From: an uncultured Gammaproteobacteria bacterium
GTDB taxonomy: Bacteria > Patescibacteriota > Microgenomatia > UBA10105 > UBA927
Assembly (NCBI GenBank): GCA_964596355.1
Contig: CAZQTD010000001.1
Span: forward strand, 4,446-68,445
Reading direction: 5' to 3'
Length of the DNA stretch: 64,000 nucleotides
The first letter of the stretch is position 1, and each line of letters starts with the position of its first letter. Below, piece after piece: positions 26,413-36,563 of the stretch. A program made the position numbers and the translations under genes. Under the pieces are notes generated by a model that had not been told where the DNA came from, made no database searches, and worked only from the letters and a program-made list of their open reading frames with translations.

Positions 26413-27783
26413 TTATGCCCAAAGCCCCCGCTTTATCCCCTCAACATCTTCGCGCAGTTTTGCATTTGTGGACAACTCTTTAGTAATTGTTTCCACCCCG
26501 TGGAGGATAGTTGTGTGGTCGCGGCCGCCAAGAGCGCCGCCCACGTCATCGAGAGTTAGCCCAAGCTCGGTTTTGCAAAGGTACATGAATATCTGTCTGG
26601 GTCGAACGATTGGCCGGTTGCGCCTGGGCCCCTTGAGCGCAGACGGCTTGACGCCAAAGTAACTGCTTACCGCTTCCAGTATTTCTAGAGGCGTAACGCG
26701 GCGGCGCTGCGGCGCCGCGTTCTCCGGGCTGTCGGGTTTTAGGCGAAGGAGGCTGGAAACAACCTCCGGCGTCACAGATATGTGTTTTGTTGCCACTTCA
26801 GTGGCTATCCTTCGCAGAAACCCCTCAATAGCGCGCGTGTCAACCATGTTTGCCGCCACGAGCCGGGCGCAATCGGTTGGGACGCCAACGCCGAGCGCTT
26901 CAGATTTAATGTTGATGATTGCCACGCGAAGCTCAAAGTCCGGCGGCGAGATGTCAACTGTCAAGCCGCCTTCAAATCGCGAGCGAAGCCGGTCTTCCAG
27001 CTTGGCTATTTCGCTAGGGTGCCGGTCGGACACGAGGATGATCTGTCCGCCCTCGCGGTAGACCGCATTAAACGTATGAAAAAATTCTTCTTGGGCGGTC
27101 TGTTTGCCGGCGATGAACTGGACGTCGTCGATTAAAAGAAGCTGCGCGCTTCGGTAGCGCTGCTTAAACTGCCTGGCCGTTTTGGTTTGGATTGCTTCGA
27201 CAATCTCGTTTAGAAACTCTTCTCCCGTAGATGCAACGACTCTTGTATGGGGCCTGGCGGTAAGTATGCTATTGGCTACCGCGTGCATGAGATGGGTTTT
27301 TCCCACCCCGACACCGCCGTAAATAAACAGCGGATTATACACAGATCCCGGAGTTTTGGAAACTGCCGTTGCCGCCGCGTACGCCATTTGGTTGGTTGTA
27401 GAAACAGCAAAATTGTCAAACGAAAACTCCGGGCGAACCCGCGCCTTTCGCGCGATCGCAGCGATGCTCATGTCCAAGCCGCTTCCGGATTGCGCAAACA
27501 AGGGGCCCGCATCTGCAGAAGCAAGCGGCGCCTTTTTAGGAGGCGCGACCGTGAAAACCACGCTTATATTCTCTTTTGTGTGATGATCCAGAATGCTTTT
27601 AACTAGCGAATAGTAGCGCGTTTCAACCATGGTGCGCATCAGTGGGCTGGTAAGCCCAACAGTGGCCACCCCGTTTGTTAGGCTCATTAAGCGCGAGCCC
27701 GCAAACTGGGTTTTGTATGTAGCTTTTGACACTGAAAGCTCAACTTCAGCAAGCACCGATTTCCAAAGCCTGTCTATATCCAT
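26413..27783 (-). CDS. dnaA: chromosomal replication initiator DnaA (start at internal ATG 27783)
   Basis: AAA+ Walker A GGVGVGKTHLMHAV, the IDDVQFIAGK segment, and the C-terminal DNA-binding domain. Confidence 0.9.
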   Translation of the reverse strand: MDIDRLWKSVLAEVELSVSKATYKTQFAGSRLMSLTNGVATVGLTSPLMRTMVETRYYSLVKSILDHHTKENISVVFTVAPPKKAPLASADAGPLFAQSGSGLDMSIAAIARKARVRPEFSFDNFAVSTTNQMAYAAATAVSKTPGSVYNPLFIYGGVGVGKTHLMHAVANSILTARPHTRVVASTGEEFLNEIVEAIQTKTARQFKQRYRSAQLLLIDDVQFIAGKQTAQEEFFHTFNAVYREGGQIILVSDRHPSEIAKLEDRLRSRFEGGLTVDISPPDFELRVAIINIKSEALGVGVPTDCARLVAANMVDTRAIEGFLRRIATEVATKHISVTPEVVSSLLRLKPDSPENAAPQRRRVTPLEILEAVSSYFGVKPSALKGPRRNRPIVRPRQIFMYLCKTELGLTLDDVGGALGGRDHTTILHGVETITKELSTNAKLREDVEGIKRGLWA

Positions 27784-27820
27784 GGTTGTTGCCGACGGGC
27801 AATATAAGAGCAGAAGATTT

Positions 27821-27839
27821 TGTGGATAAGTTGTCCACA
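27821..27839. promoter_or_regulatory. two adjacent DnaA boxes: TGTGGATAA (perfect) and TTGTCCACA (1 mismatch), inverted pair, in the dnaA-rpmH divergent region
   Basis: Read directly: tgtggataag ttgtccaca. Confidence 0.55.
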
Positions 27840-27897
27840 TCGTAGACAAGACAGGCGTGGTTGTCAAGAGCTGAAAAACCCAGTATACTTACTCTAT

Positions 27898-28035
27898 ATG
27901 TCAAAGCGGGTCTATCAGCCTAAAAAGCTTCGCCGCAAGCGCATTCATGGGTTTCGATCCCGCATGAAAACCACGGGCGGGCGGCGGACATTGAAGCGAA
28001 GAAAAAGAACCGGACGAAAACGGCTAACGGTTTAA
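27898..28035 (+). CDS. rpmH: 50S ribosomal protein L34
   Basis: [45 protein letters not shown], 45 aa. Confidence 0.9.
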   Translation: MSKRVYQPKKLRRKRIHGFRSRMKTTGGRRTLKRRKRTGRKRLTV

Positions 28036-28036
28036 C

Positions 28037-28390
28037 ATGCTTCCCAGTTCTTATCGCCTACCCTCCCGAGAGTTCCCCTCGCTTCTTAAACGCGCAAAGC
28101 GCCTGCATAAGCCGGAACTAAGTCTTTTGTACAATAAAAACAACAACGACACGCCCCGCTTTGGCTTTGTGGCCTCCTCAAAAGTCGATACTCGAGCAGC
28201 GGTGAGAAATAGAATCAAACGGTTGCTTCGAGAAGCAACAAAGTGTATAAAAGATAAAATAACTAGAGGTTATGATTGTGTGTGGGTTGCCCGTCCCGGG
28301 ATACAGGGTCTTTCGCAAAAAGACATTGAAGACAAGGTAATTGCCTTATTGTGTCGGGCTAAAATAATTAATTCTTCGCCGCACGCATGA
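28037..28390 (+). CDS. rnpA: ribonuclease P protein component
   Basis: 117 aa, basic, ...[27 protein letters not shown].... Confidence 0.8.
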   Translation: MLPSSYRLPSREFPSLLKRAKRLHKPELSLLYNKNNNDTPRFGFVASSKVDTRAAVRNRIKRLLREATKCIKDKITRGYDCVWVARPGIQGLSQKDIEDKVIALLCRAKIINSSPHA

Positions 28391-28623
28391 AAACAGTGCT
28401 TCTGTCAGCAATTCGTTTTTATCAGCGCTACCTGTCGTTTGACACAGGCCTTGCCAAGCGTGTGTTTTTGACTGACAAAGCGTGTCGATTCACTCCGACC
28501 TGCAGCGAGTATACATACCAGGCAATCGATCGCTATGGTATAATCAGAGGGTTGTGGCTGGGTGTGCGTCGAATCATTCGATGCCACCCCTGGGGCGAAG
28601 GAGGATACGATCCTGTAGGATAA
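28387..28623 (+). CDS. yidD: membrane protein insertion efficiency factor YidD
   Basis: 78 aa; ...[45 protein letters not shown]. Confidence 0.85.
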   Translation: MKTVLLSAIRFYQRYLSFDTGLAKRVFLTDKACRFTPTCSEYTYQAIDRYGIIRGLWLGVRRIIRCHPWGEGGYDPVG

Positions 28624-28680
28624 ATACATTCTGAATCCTAAATTTTAAATCCAACAAAACACGTTTGGATTGTAATACGC

Positions 28681-29589
28681 ATGACCAATCCCAATCTCTG
28701 GAATCAACTACTCATCTGGCCGATCGTCAACCTCTTGGTGGCGTTTTATAAGTTGTTTGAGTGGCTGCACATCCCCGGGCCGCTTGGATTTGCGGTTATT
28801 TTGTTAACGGTTGCTATTCGTCTCATCCTCTACCCTCTTATGGCGGCACAGCTAAAGAGCGCGAAAAAAATGTCAGCGCTCAAGCCGCAGTTAGATGAGC
28901 TGGCAAAAAAACACAAAAACGACAAGCCAGCGCTTCAGCAGGCACAGCTTGCCTTGTACAAACAACATGGCGTTAATCCGGCCGCCGGATGCCTGCCGCT
29001 ACTAGTTCAAATGCCTGTTTTGATTGCGTTATACAACGTGTTTTGGCAGGTGCTCAACAATGGGAACATGCAGAAAATTGTAGCTGACATTAATAGCGTG
29101 GTCTATCACCCCGCGCTCAAAGTGCACAGTTTGGACTTAACATTTTTTGGCATCAATTTGGGCATAAAACCTAGCCAATATCAATCACATGGTTACTGGC
29201 TTTTGCTGGTTCCCCTCGTTACAGCCGCGCTTCAGTGGTGGCAGGGTCGGTTGATGGTGCCGGCAAAAACACATCCGATCAATCAAGCCAATCCGACCAG
29301 CGGGATGAAGAACAAACAAGCGTCGGGCAAACAAAGTGAGCAAAAGAAAGAAGAAAAGCCGCCAGAGGATACTGCTGCAGACATGCAGAAACAAATGGCA
29401 ATGATTACCCCTATTATGTTTGGGTGGTTTGCATTTCAGTTCCCATTGGGACTTGCGCTTTACTGGAACGTGTTTGGGCTTTTTGGTATTATACAACAGC
29501 TTCGCATAAATTTAGACAACGCAAAAGCGAATAACCCTGACCATCATAAAAATGACGGAAACCATTATGGAACACGCAGACGTCGTTAA
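28681..29589 (+). CDS. yidC: membrane protein insertase YidC/Oxa1 family
   Basis: 302 aa; ...LYPLMAAQLKSAKKMSALKPQLDELAKKHKNDKPALQQAQLALYKQHGVNPAAGCLPLLVQMPVLIALY. Confidence 0.85.
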   Translation: MTNPNLWNQLLIWPIVNLLVAFYKLFEWLHIPGPLGFAVILLTVAIRLILYPLMAAQLKSAKKMSALKPQLDELAKKHKNDKPALQQAQLALYKQHGVNPAAGCLPLLVQMPVLIALYNVFWQVLNNGNMQKIVADINSVVYHPALKVHSLDLTFFGINLGIKPSQYQSHGYWLLLVPLVTAALQWWQGRLMVPAKTHPINQANPTSGMKNKQASGKQSEQKKEEKPPEDTAADMQKQMAMITPIMFGWFAFQFPLGLALYWNVFGLFGIIQQLRINLDNAKANNPDHHKNDGNHYGTRRRR

Positions 29590-30022
29590 GCAGACAACAG
29601 AAGACCTTTTAAGGCGACTTGGGATTGACGGATCGGTTGCGGTGGCTATTGACGAAACAGACGCGTTTCGCGTGCACATTGAGACAAAAGAAACGGGACT
29701 CCTCATTGGTTTTCACGGGCGAACACTTGAAAGTTTTCAGATTGTTTTGGGGCTCCTTGTTTCTAAAAAACTCGCATCGTGGGTCAAGGTGTACGTCAAT
29801 GTAGGCGACTACCGCGAGAAGCGCGAAGAAACGCTGATGTTGATGGCGCAACGCGCAGCGGATCAGGCGCTCATTCAGGGAGCGCCGGTAGAAATCGCAA
29901 ACCTGTCTGCTTCCGAGCGACGCGTGATTCATTTAACGCTAAGCGGTGACGAGCGCGTGAAGACAGAATCGGTTGGCGAAGGACTCCGCCGCACGCTTCT
30001 TGTAAAACCTAAGAATTCGTGA
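29552..30022 (+). CDS. jag: Jag/KhpB-like RNA-binding protein (KH + R3H)
   Basis: 156 aa; the LLIGFHGRTLESFQ KH-like segment and a C-terminal R3H-like region. Confidence 0.75.
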   Translation: MTETIMEHADVVKQTTEDLLRRLGIDGSVAVAIDETDAFRVHIETKETGLLIGFHGRTLESFQIVLGLLVSKKLASWVKVYVNVGDYREKREETLMLMAQRAADQALIQGAPVEIANLSASERRVIHLTLSGDERVKTESVGEGLRRTLLVKPKNS

Positions 30023-30035
30023 TAGATAATGCCTG

Positions 30036-31382
30036 ATGTCCCTTCATCGGGTGTTTTTTTACCTTCTTGTACTTTTTCTTCCGACCCAGCTGGGCAAACA
30101 CTTCTGGCCCGAGTGGAGCATGGTGCTCGGCAGGCGCGTGGACTACCTCTCCCCCACGCTGTATGCTACAGATATCCTAATTGTTTTGACGGTACTGTGT
30201 TGGTTTATAGAAATCGTATTACAAAAGAGAAAGATAGCATTATGGATGCTCTCGGGATTTTACAATACCAGATACGTGCTTCCGTTTGCGGTGCTGGGGG
30301 TGATAAACATATTGATTGCTTCAAGCAAACCCGTTGCTTTCTACGCGTGGGCGAAAGTCGCAGAGTATGGGCTTCTTGCCTTCTATGTAGTTAAAACAAG
30401 GCCTCGCGCATCACGTGTTTCGCTCCTCTTATCGCTTGCGGCGCTGTATTCTTCTGCAATCGCGATCGTGCAATTTATGCTCCAGCGGTCTATTGGCGGG
30501 CCGTTGTGGTGGCTGGGCGAGCGCACATTTGATACAAGTACTCCCGGCATTGCAAGGATTGATCTTTGTCTGCCACGAAACGAGCTTCGCAATTACGGCT
30601 GTCAGCAAGTTCTTCGCCCGTACGCCACATTCCCCCACCCTAACGTTCTGGGAGGATTTTTGGCTGCTTTCGTGCCGCTTCAAATTGCCACACTGCTGAA
30701 GCGTTGTGGCCCCGCACGCTTCTCGCTGTCGCTGCATTCTTTTCAACAGCGACACAGCGAGGCAGTACACCAATTGATGCGCAGTATTAAAGAACCGACA
30801 ACCCTGTACACGACAGGTGTTATCATTGTTGGACTGACGGCTTTGCTGTTAACGTTCAGCCGCGGCGCATGGATAGCTGGTATCGTTGGAATAATCATGG
30901 TTGTTGCCAGTCATGTGTACAAAAAAACCAGACATGTCGAGCTTCTGTTTTTCGGTGCATTCTTTTTCATGGCGCTTGTTGTCTTTCTATTTTTGGGCGA
31001 CAGCGAGTCGGTAGTCGTCCGCCAGCGGTTAAATACGGGTGCCCTTCAGCAATGGATGAACTCTCCGGTTTTCGGGGTGGGTTTGGGAAATTTCCTCGTG
31101 CAATTGCCCAAAACACTTCTGTCTCGCACAATGTATTTTTTGCAGCCGGCACACAATATCTATCTTCTTGTGCTGGCGGAAACAGGCGTCACAGGACTTG
31201 TTGCATTTTTTGGGGTCTTGTGGGGCGCGATACGGCAGAACAGAAAACACCCCTTTTCTCCCTTTCGGGCGCCGCTTGCTGTGTACCTTGCGCTTGGCTT
31301 AATCGATCATTACCCGGTGACACTTCAACAAGGGCAATTGCTGTTGACGATTCTCGTCGCGCTTTCTACAATGGCTCCATGA
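30036..31382 (+). CDS. O-antigen ligase/Wzy-like polytopic membrane protein
   Basis: 448 aa with more than 10 TM helices and a large loop near the C-terminal third. Confidence 0.5.
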   Translation: MSLHRVFFYLLVLFLPTQLGKHFWPEWSMVLGRRVDYLSPTLYATDILIVLTVLCWFIEIVLQKRKIALWMLSGFYNTRYVLPFAVLGVINILIASSKPVAFYAWAKVAEYGLLAFYVVKTRPRASRVSLLLSLAALYSSAIAIVQFMLQRSIGGPLWWLGERTFDTSTPGIARIDLCLPRNELRNYGCQQVLRPYATFPHPNVLGGFLAAFVPLQIATLLKRCGPARFSLSLHSFQQRHSEAVHQLMRSIKEPTTLYTTGVIIVGLTALLLTFSRGAWIAGIVGIIMVVASHVYKKTRHVELLFFGAFFFMALVVFLFLGDSESVVVRQRLNTGALQQWMNSPVFGVGLGNFLVQLPKTLLSRTMYFLQPAHNIYLLVLAETGVTGLVAFFGVLWGAIRQNRKHPFSPFRAPLAVYLALGLIDHYPVTLQQGQLLLTILVALSTMAP

Positions 31383-32692
31383 AAGGCGCCCCACTTGTTT
31401 TGCGGGCCACACACATTGTAATTGCATGGAATACGCTCGTCCAGCTCGTTGGACGCGCAATCAGCGCCGTAGTCATGCTTGTTATTACCATTCTTCTTGC
31501 GCGGCGATTTGGCGCAACCAGCTACGGCGATTTTGTAAAAATTACGACGTTCGTCGGATTTTTTTACCCCCTCGCGGATTTCGGCTTAAACGCAATGTTT
31601 TTGAAGCGCGGCGATGATTGGTCTGTGCTTTTGGGTGCGCGACTGTTCGGTGGGTTGGCGTTTCTATTTGTAAGCCTTGCCGCGTTGGCGTTTCTCCCTC
31701 ATGGGACAATACAAGGATACACACCGCTTGTTCGTTTGGGTATTCTTGTATTATCGCCGACTATCATTTTTCAGGCACTTACGACGTCAGCCAATGCCCT
31801 ATTTCAAAAACACCTGCGCTACGAGTTGGCAACCGTCGCAGTGGCGGCAGGGTCGCTCGCTGCGCTCGTTTTAATGTGGCTGACGACGAGCGCAGCAACC
31901 GCTTCGGCTGGCACCATAGGAGGCGTAATGGCGATTTTTACTGGCAGCGCAATAACGGCTCTTGCTAGTGTTGCGCTTGCCGCCCGCCTACACAAAGGAC
32001 TGTCAGTTGCGTTAAGGCCGTCTCGCATGTGGGGCCTTTTCGCATCGAGTAGTCCGCTGGGAGCAACCCTTGTGTTTAACCTTGTGTATTTTCATGTTGA
32101 CAGCATCATTCTCGCGCTGTCTCGCCCGACAGCAGAGGTTGGCATCTATGGACTAGCATACAAAATTTTTGAGCTTCCGCTTGTGATTCCAACGTTTTTT
32201 ATGAACGCAGCCTATCCGATCATGGTGACAGCGATACAAAATAAAAATAACAGGATGCGCAGCAATTTTATATCTATGGTTCACCGTTCGCTGGTGTTTT
32301 TGGTTCTGATTTCTTTTTTCTTCTCTGTGGGTATGTGGTTGGCCGCCCCTCTTCTGGCGCTCATCAAGCCTGATTTCTCACAAAGCGTTCCTGCGTTTCG
32401 CGTCTTGTCGTCCGGATTTGTATTATTTTTTGTTTCATCATTAACCATGTGGTCGCTTATTGCGCTTAACAAAACAGTGGCGCTTGTTTTGATTTACGGC
32501 GGGGGCATGATTGTCAACGCTATTCTTAATGCACTGCTTGTTCCTCTATACGGATACATGGCTGCGGCGTGGATCACCGTGGGAAGTGAGGCAATTGTCC
32601 TTATGGTTTCTGCTTTTGTTTTACGGCGGTATATGCGTGTCCCGCTACGCGGCGAGGCTGTGAGTATCCCTAAGGCAACGGAGTTGCCGTAA
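31379..32692 (+). CDS. polysaccharide flippase (Wzx/MOP superfamily); start at ATG 31379 overlapping the upstream stop
   Basis: 437 aa with 12-14 TM. N-terminus MKGAPLVLRATHIVIAWNTLVQLVGRAISAVVMLVITILLARRFG typical of Wzx-like proteins. Confidence 0.55.
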   Translation: MKGAPLVLRATHIVIAWNTLVQLVGRAISAVVMLVITILLARRFGATSYGDFVKITTFVGFFYPLADFGLNAMFLKRGDDWSVLLGARLFGGLAFLFVSLAALAFLPHGTIQGYTPLVRLGILVLSPTIIFQALTTSANALFQKHLRYELATVAVAAGSLAALVLMWLTTSAATASAGTIGGVMAIFTGSAITALASVALAARLHKGLSVALRPSRMWGLFASSSPLGATLVFNLVYFHVDSIILALSRPTAEVGIYGLAYKIFELPLVIPTFFMNAAYPIMVTAIQNKNNRMRSNFISMVHRSLVFLVLISFFFSVGMWLAAPLLALIKPDFSQSVPAFRVLSSGFVLFFVSSLTMWSLIALNKTVALVLIYGGGMIVNAILNALLVPLYGYMAAAWITVGSEAIVLMVSAFVLRRYMRVPLRGEAVSIPKATELP

Positions 32693-32784
32693 CGAATTAA
32701 AATACGCGTTAAGAAAATGCGGGCGGTCTGCTGACCGTCGAAACGATGAGTTTGGGCTTATTAGAAATTGGTAAACAGAAGTGT

Positions 32785-33249
32785 ATGAAAGTTGTTATCC
32801 ATACCGATGGAGGAGCGAGAGGAAACCCGGGCCCTGCCGCGGTGGGAGTCGTGATAGAAATGCCGGTGATGGAAAACAACACATGGACGATGAAAACCGT
32901 GTGTGAATTTGGCGCTTTGATAGGGGAGGCGACGAATAATGTTGCGGAGTACCAGGCGGTGATAGAAGCGCTCACAGCGCTCAAGGCTCACCTGTCAAAT
33001 CTTGACGTAGTCAAAGACAGACGACAGCTGAATGTTCATTTTTTCCTCGACTCGACACTCGTGGTCAATCAGCTCAACGGGCTGTTCAAGGTAAAAGACT
33101 CGACGCTTCGCGAGCTTCTTGCCCGCGTGCGAATGCTTGAACAGGACGTTGGAGGAGAGATTCGCTACACAAGCATTCCGCGTGAGCGCAACAGGCGAGC
33201 TGATGTTCTTGTTAACCAAGCGCTCGACAGGCTTCGCTCGCTCATGTGA
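32785..33249 (+). CDS. rnhA: ribonuclease HI
   Basis: TDGGARGNPGPAA, NNVAEYQAVIEAL, DSTLVVNQ and RNRRADVL motifs. Start at internal ATG 32785. Confidence 0.85.
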   Translation: MKVVIHTDGGARGNPGPAAVGVVIEMPVMENNTWTMKTVCEFGALIGEATNNVAEYQAVIEALTALKAHLSNLDVVKDRRQLNVHFFLDSTLVVNQLNGLFKVKDSTLRELLARVRMLEQDVGGEIRYTSIPRERNRRADVLVNQALDRLRSLM

Positions 33250-35828
33250 TATGTCGAGGTTGCTACGCAAAAAACCACTGTTCCTATGAGTTGTTTTCGG
33301 AGATTCTATTTGTCATAATAGCCTGGCGTTTTTCCATAAAATCCATGAGACATCCTGCCGATAGAATAGTTTCTGAAGATCGAACATCCACAATAACAGC
33401 CCGCATTGACGCTCAGGAGGATAGTTTCGTACGGCCCATTCGGGAATACCTTGAAACAAACGGGTGTTCTGTTGTCTTAAATCCAGAAACCGATATACCA
33501 TCCGATTATCACATTGTCGCAGGCGACCTTGCGTACGTGAAAACTATTTTTTCATTACGACGGCTGCACGGCATAAAGCGGCTTGGAATTTTAGTGGGTG
33601 CAGGGCGCGCAGAGGATCTTGGAATAGACGATCCGTGGACAAAACTTCTGTGCGTTGATCCTGTTGAGTTAACCAGTGACGACACGGAAAGGTTGTTCGA
33701 ATTTTTTTTCGTCGGTCGCGAACGGGTCGTTGATAAAAGACGAAGCATACATGTTGAATTTCCCTCTGAAACACCTTCGAAGTTGACGGCCCAAGGAGTT
33801 CAGCAAGGCCAAGGCGACGCGTTCCTTTTGCAAAACGACCAGTTGCGGGTAGGGCAAATCATGAAGGACGTGTTTGGAGAATCATCTAGCACCCGGCTGC
33901 ACAAACGTGGAAGAAAACCAAAGCGACAATATGTTTGGCGGTATATCGCGGTAGCCGCGCTAGTTATTGTTATACCCGTGTTTTGGTATCTTGTAAGTCT
34001 GACGGCGAGCGCAGGCGCGCTTGCGTATTCCATGCGCGCGTTGATTCAGGGAAAGACCAAGCAGGCCGTGCGGTTTTCCCACGTTTCTACTTACTGGGTG
34101 CATCAGGGTAGATTTGTTCTTGGGGTTGCCCGGCCGATTGCAGTAGCCGTGGGTGCGGGAGACGCGATTCGACATCAGGAGCGAACCCTTTCATTTATTG
34201 AAAATCTTATTGCTGCAGGCAAAGACCTCTACGCGCTCATTGAAGGAAGCAGTGCGTTCGCATCAGTTATTGTTCCATCAGGAGGGGACACAGAAGGCCA
34301 AACGCCGGCGGCAACAGTTGAGCGTATGCGGGTGGAAATAGCATCGCTTGAAAACAATCTAGGGTTAGCCCTTGCTCAAGCAACCAACCTTCTTGGGGAT
34401 AAGCACTTCCCTTTTTCTATTGCGCTGGTGCGGCGTTTTTGCGAAAGGACAGAGGAGCAGCTTGACTCATTGCGGCGAATGGTGACCACTGCTTCTGGGC
34501 TTTTCGCTTTGTACCCTCAAATTGCCGGATACAAAGAACCCAAGCGGTATTTGGTGCTTTTACAGAACAGCATGGAGCTTCGGCCAACAGGCGGATTTAT
34601 CGGATCGCTGGGTTTGATCACGTTTGCAGACGGCAAAATGACAGAGTTTGCAATTCAAGATGTGTACGAGGTTGACGGTCAGCTCAAAGGCCACGTGGAT
34701 CCGCCAGCGCCGATTGGTGAACTGTTAGCGCAAGAACACTGGTATCTGCGCGACAGCAATTGGGACCCGGATTTTAAAGTATCTGGACAGCGCGCGGCGT
34801 GGTTTTATGAAAAAGAAACAGGTACTCGCGTACATGGCGTCATAGCAGTTTCAACACCGCTTGTCGTTGATCTTTTGAGTGCTACCGGACCCATAGAGTT
34901 AGCGGATTACAACGATCGAATATCAGCGGAAAATTTTTTCGGCAAATCACTGTTTTATACGCAGGAAAATTTTTTCCCCGGATCCACGCAGAAAAAAGAT
35001 TTTCTCGGGTCGCTTGCGCGTACGCTTATTACAAAGCTCACGACGGATACAGCGAGCAATTCCATTGCTGTTCTTCGCGCGTTTGTCTCTGCGCTTGAGC
35101 GCAAAAATATCCAGTTTATGTTTGAAGACCCGTCCGTTCAGTCGCTCGTTGAGCGTTTCGGATGGGCAGGAAGACATGTGCTTTCAGCCGCATGCACCGC
35201 ACGAGAAGGTGCTGAATGTGTTAGTGACCCCTTAAGCATCGTTGAAGCGAACATGGGTGTGAATAAGGTGAATTATTTCGTCACGCGCGCCATTGAGCGG
35301 GAGATCACGATAGACGCAAACGGCGGTATATCTGAACGAGTATTGGTTCGGTTTCGCAATGCTGCGCCGACGGGCGACACACCGCTGGTTGGATCGGCGT
35401 ATCAAGCTTACGTGCGCTTTGCTTTGCCGCCGCAAACATTGCCGCAGGATGTGGCAATTAACGGGGTGAGCATTCCGTCGCGCGATTCAAAGAAAAAACA
35501 TCTTCCAGCCGTGCCCTACGTGGAGCGCGCAGATGAAGGCGGTGACACTTTTACACTCGGCGTTGCACTCACTGTTCCTGCAGGGAGCGACACAACACTT
35601 CAGTTTTCCTACCGTAGGGACAAACCGTTGGTGTTTACCGCCGGTGGTGCGCACATGGAAATTATTGAGCGCAAGCAGCCGGGTGTCGAGGATACACCGC
35701 TTCGCATAACTATACGGTTTCCACCCTTTTGGCGGGAGGCAAACACCGTAGTTGCAAAAGATGGTGAGCTTTCGTACAATACAACCCTATCATCTGATGT
35801 AATAGCGCCTGTCACACTTGTGAAGTAA
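33246..35828 (+). CDS. DUF4012-like large exported/membrane-anchored protein (probable start near 33345)
   Basis: One TM (YIAVAALVIVIPVFWYLVSL), then ~700 aa including RPTGGFIGSLGLITFADGK...LRDSNWDPDF. Commonly linked to envelope polysaccharide loci. Confidence 0.45.
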   Translation: MICRGCYAKNHCSYELFSEILFVIIAWRFSIKSMRHPADRIVSEDRTSTITARIDAQEDSFVRPIREYLETNGCSVVLNPETDIPSDYHIVAGDLAYVKTIFSLRRLHGIKRLGILVGAGRAEDLGIDDPWTKLLCVDPVELTSDDTERLFEFFFVGRERVVDKRRSIHVEFPSETPSKLTAQGVQQGQGDAFLLQNDQLRVGQIMKDVFGESSSTRLHKRGRKPKRQYVWRYIAVAALVIVIPVFWYLVSLTASAGALAYSMRALIQGKTKQAVRFSHVSTYWVHQGRFVLGVARPIAVAVGAGDAIRHQERTLSFIENLIAAGKDLYALIEGSSAFASVIVPSGGDTEGQTPAATVERMRVEIASLENNLGLALAQATNLLGDKHFPFSIALVRRFCERTEEQLDSLRRMVTTASGLFALYPQIAGYKEPKRYLVLLQNSMELRPTGGFIGSLGLITFADGKMTEFAIQDVYEVDGQLKGHVDPPAPIGELLAQEHWYLRDSNWDPDFKVSGQRAAWFYEKETGTRVHGVIAVSTPLVVDLLSATGPIELADYNDRISAENFFGKSLFYTQENFFPGSTQKKDFLGSLARTLITKLTTDTASNSIAVLRAFVSALERKNIQFMFEDPSVQSLVERFGWAGRHVLSAACTAREGAECVSDPLSIVEANMGVNKVNYFVTRAIEREITIDANGGISERVLVRFRNAAPTGDTPLVGSAYQAYVRFALPPQTLPQDVAINGVSIPSRDSKKKHLPAVPYVERADEGGDTFTLGVALTVPAGSDTTLQFSYRRDKPLVFTAGGAHMEIIERKQPGVEDTPLRITIRFPPFWREANTVVAKDGELSYNTTLSSDVIAPVTLVK

Positions 35829-35835
35829 TACTGCG

Positions 35836-36561
35836 ATGAAAAAACATACACTGACTGCGTCGATGAGAACCGTCGTTGGACGAAAAGTCAAATCTCTTCG
35901 AAGCAAGGGAGTTGTTCCTGCAACGATATATGGCAGAAATGTCAAAAGCGTATCGGTTAGCGTCGCGCACGACGCGTTTGCTAAAGTATATACCGCGGCG
36001 GGATCTACAGGACTTGTTGAGCTTGGCGTGGACAAGGACGTCCGCCCCGTGTTGATCCACAACGTGCAAACAGATCCGGTGACGAACGAAATCCTTCATG
36101 TGGAGTTTTTTCAGGTGGATTTGAAAGAAAAGGTTCGTACCAATGTCCCGCTTGAAGTGGCAGGAGAGGCGCCGGCCGTGACGCAAAAACTCGGTGTTCT
36201 TCTCGTCACGCTTAACGACGTTGAGGTTGAAGCGCTACCAACAGAGTTGCCGGAAAAAATTGCCATTGATGTATCAGAGCTTAGCGAAGTAGATCAGGAA
36301 ATTAAAGTGGCGAGCCTGCATGTTCCTCCCTCTGTGACAGTGTTGACCGATGCAAATCTTACGGTTGCCAAGATCGGCCCTCTGGTCACAAAAGAGGCGG
36401 AAGCGCAGGCAGCAGAAGAAGCTGCTGCCGCAGTTACTGCGCAGACTTCAGAAGAAGGCGAACAAGCGGCTGCGGAAGGATCGGGAGCGGAAACGACTCA
36501 ATCTCAAAAAGGAACAAAGAGTGAAAATACAGCACCGCCGTCCGCCGAAGATAAGAAGTGA
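35836..36561 (+). CDS. rplY: 50S ribosomal protein L25 / general stress protein Ctc, with acidic low-complexity tail
   Basis: N-terminal L25 fold (GRKVKSLRSKGVVPATIYGRNVKSVSVSV...), then an A/E-rich tail. Confidence 0.8.
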   Translation: MKKHTLTASMRTVVGRKVKSLRSKGVVPATIYGRNVKSVSVSVAHDAFAKVYTAAGSTGLVELGVDKDVRPVLIHNVQTDPVTNEILHVEFFQVDLKEKVRTNVPLEVAGEAPAVTQKLGVLLVTLNDVEVEALPTELPEKIAIDVSELSEVDQEIKVASLHVPPSVTVLTDANLTVAKIGPLVTKEAEAQAAEEAAAAVTAQTSEEGEQAAAEGSGAETTQSQKGTKSENTAPPSAEDKK

Positions 36562-36563
36562 GC

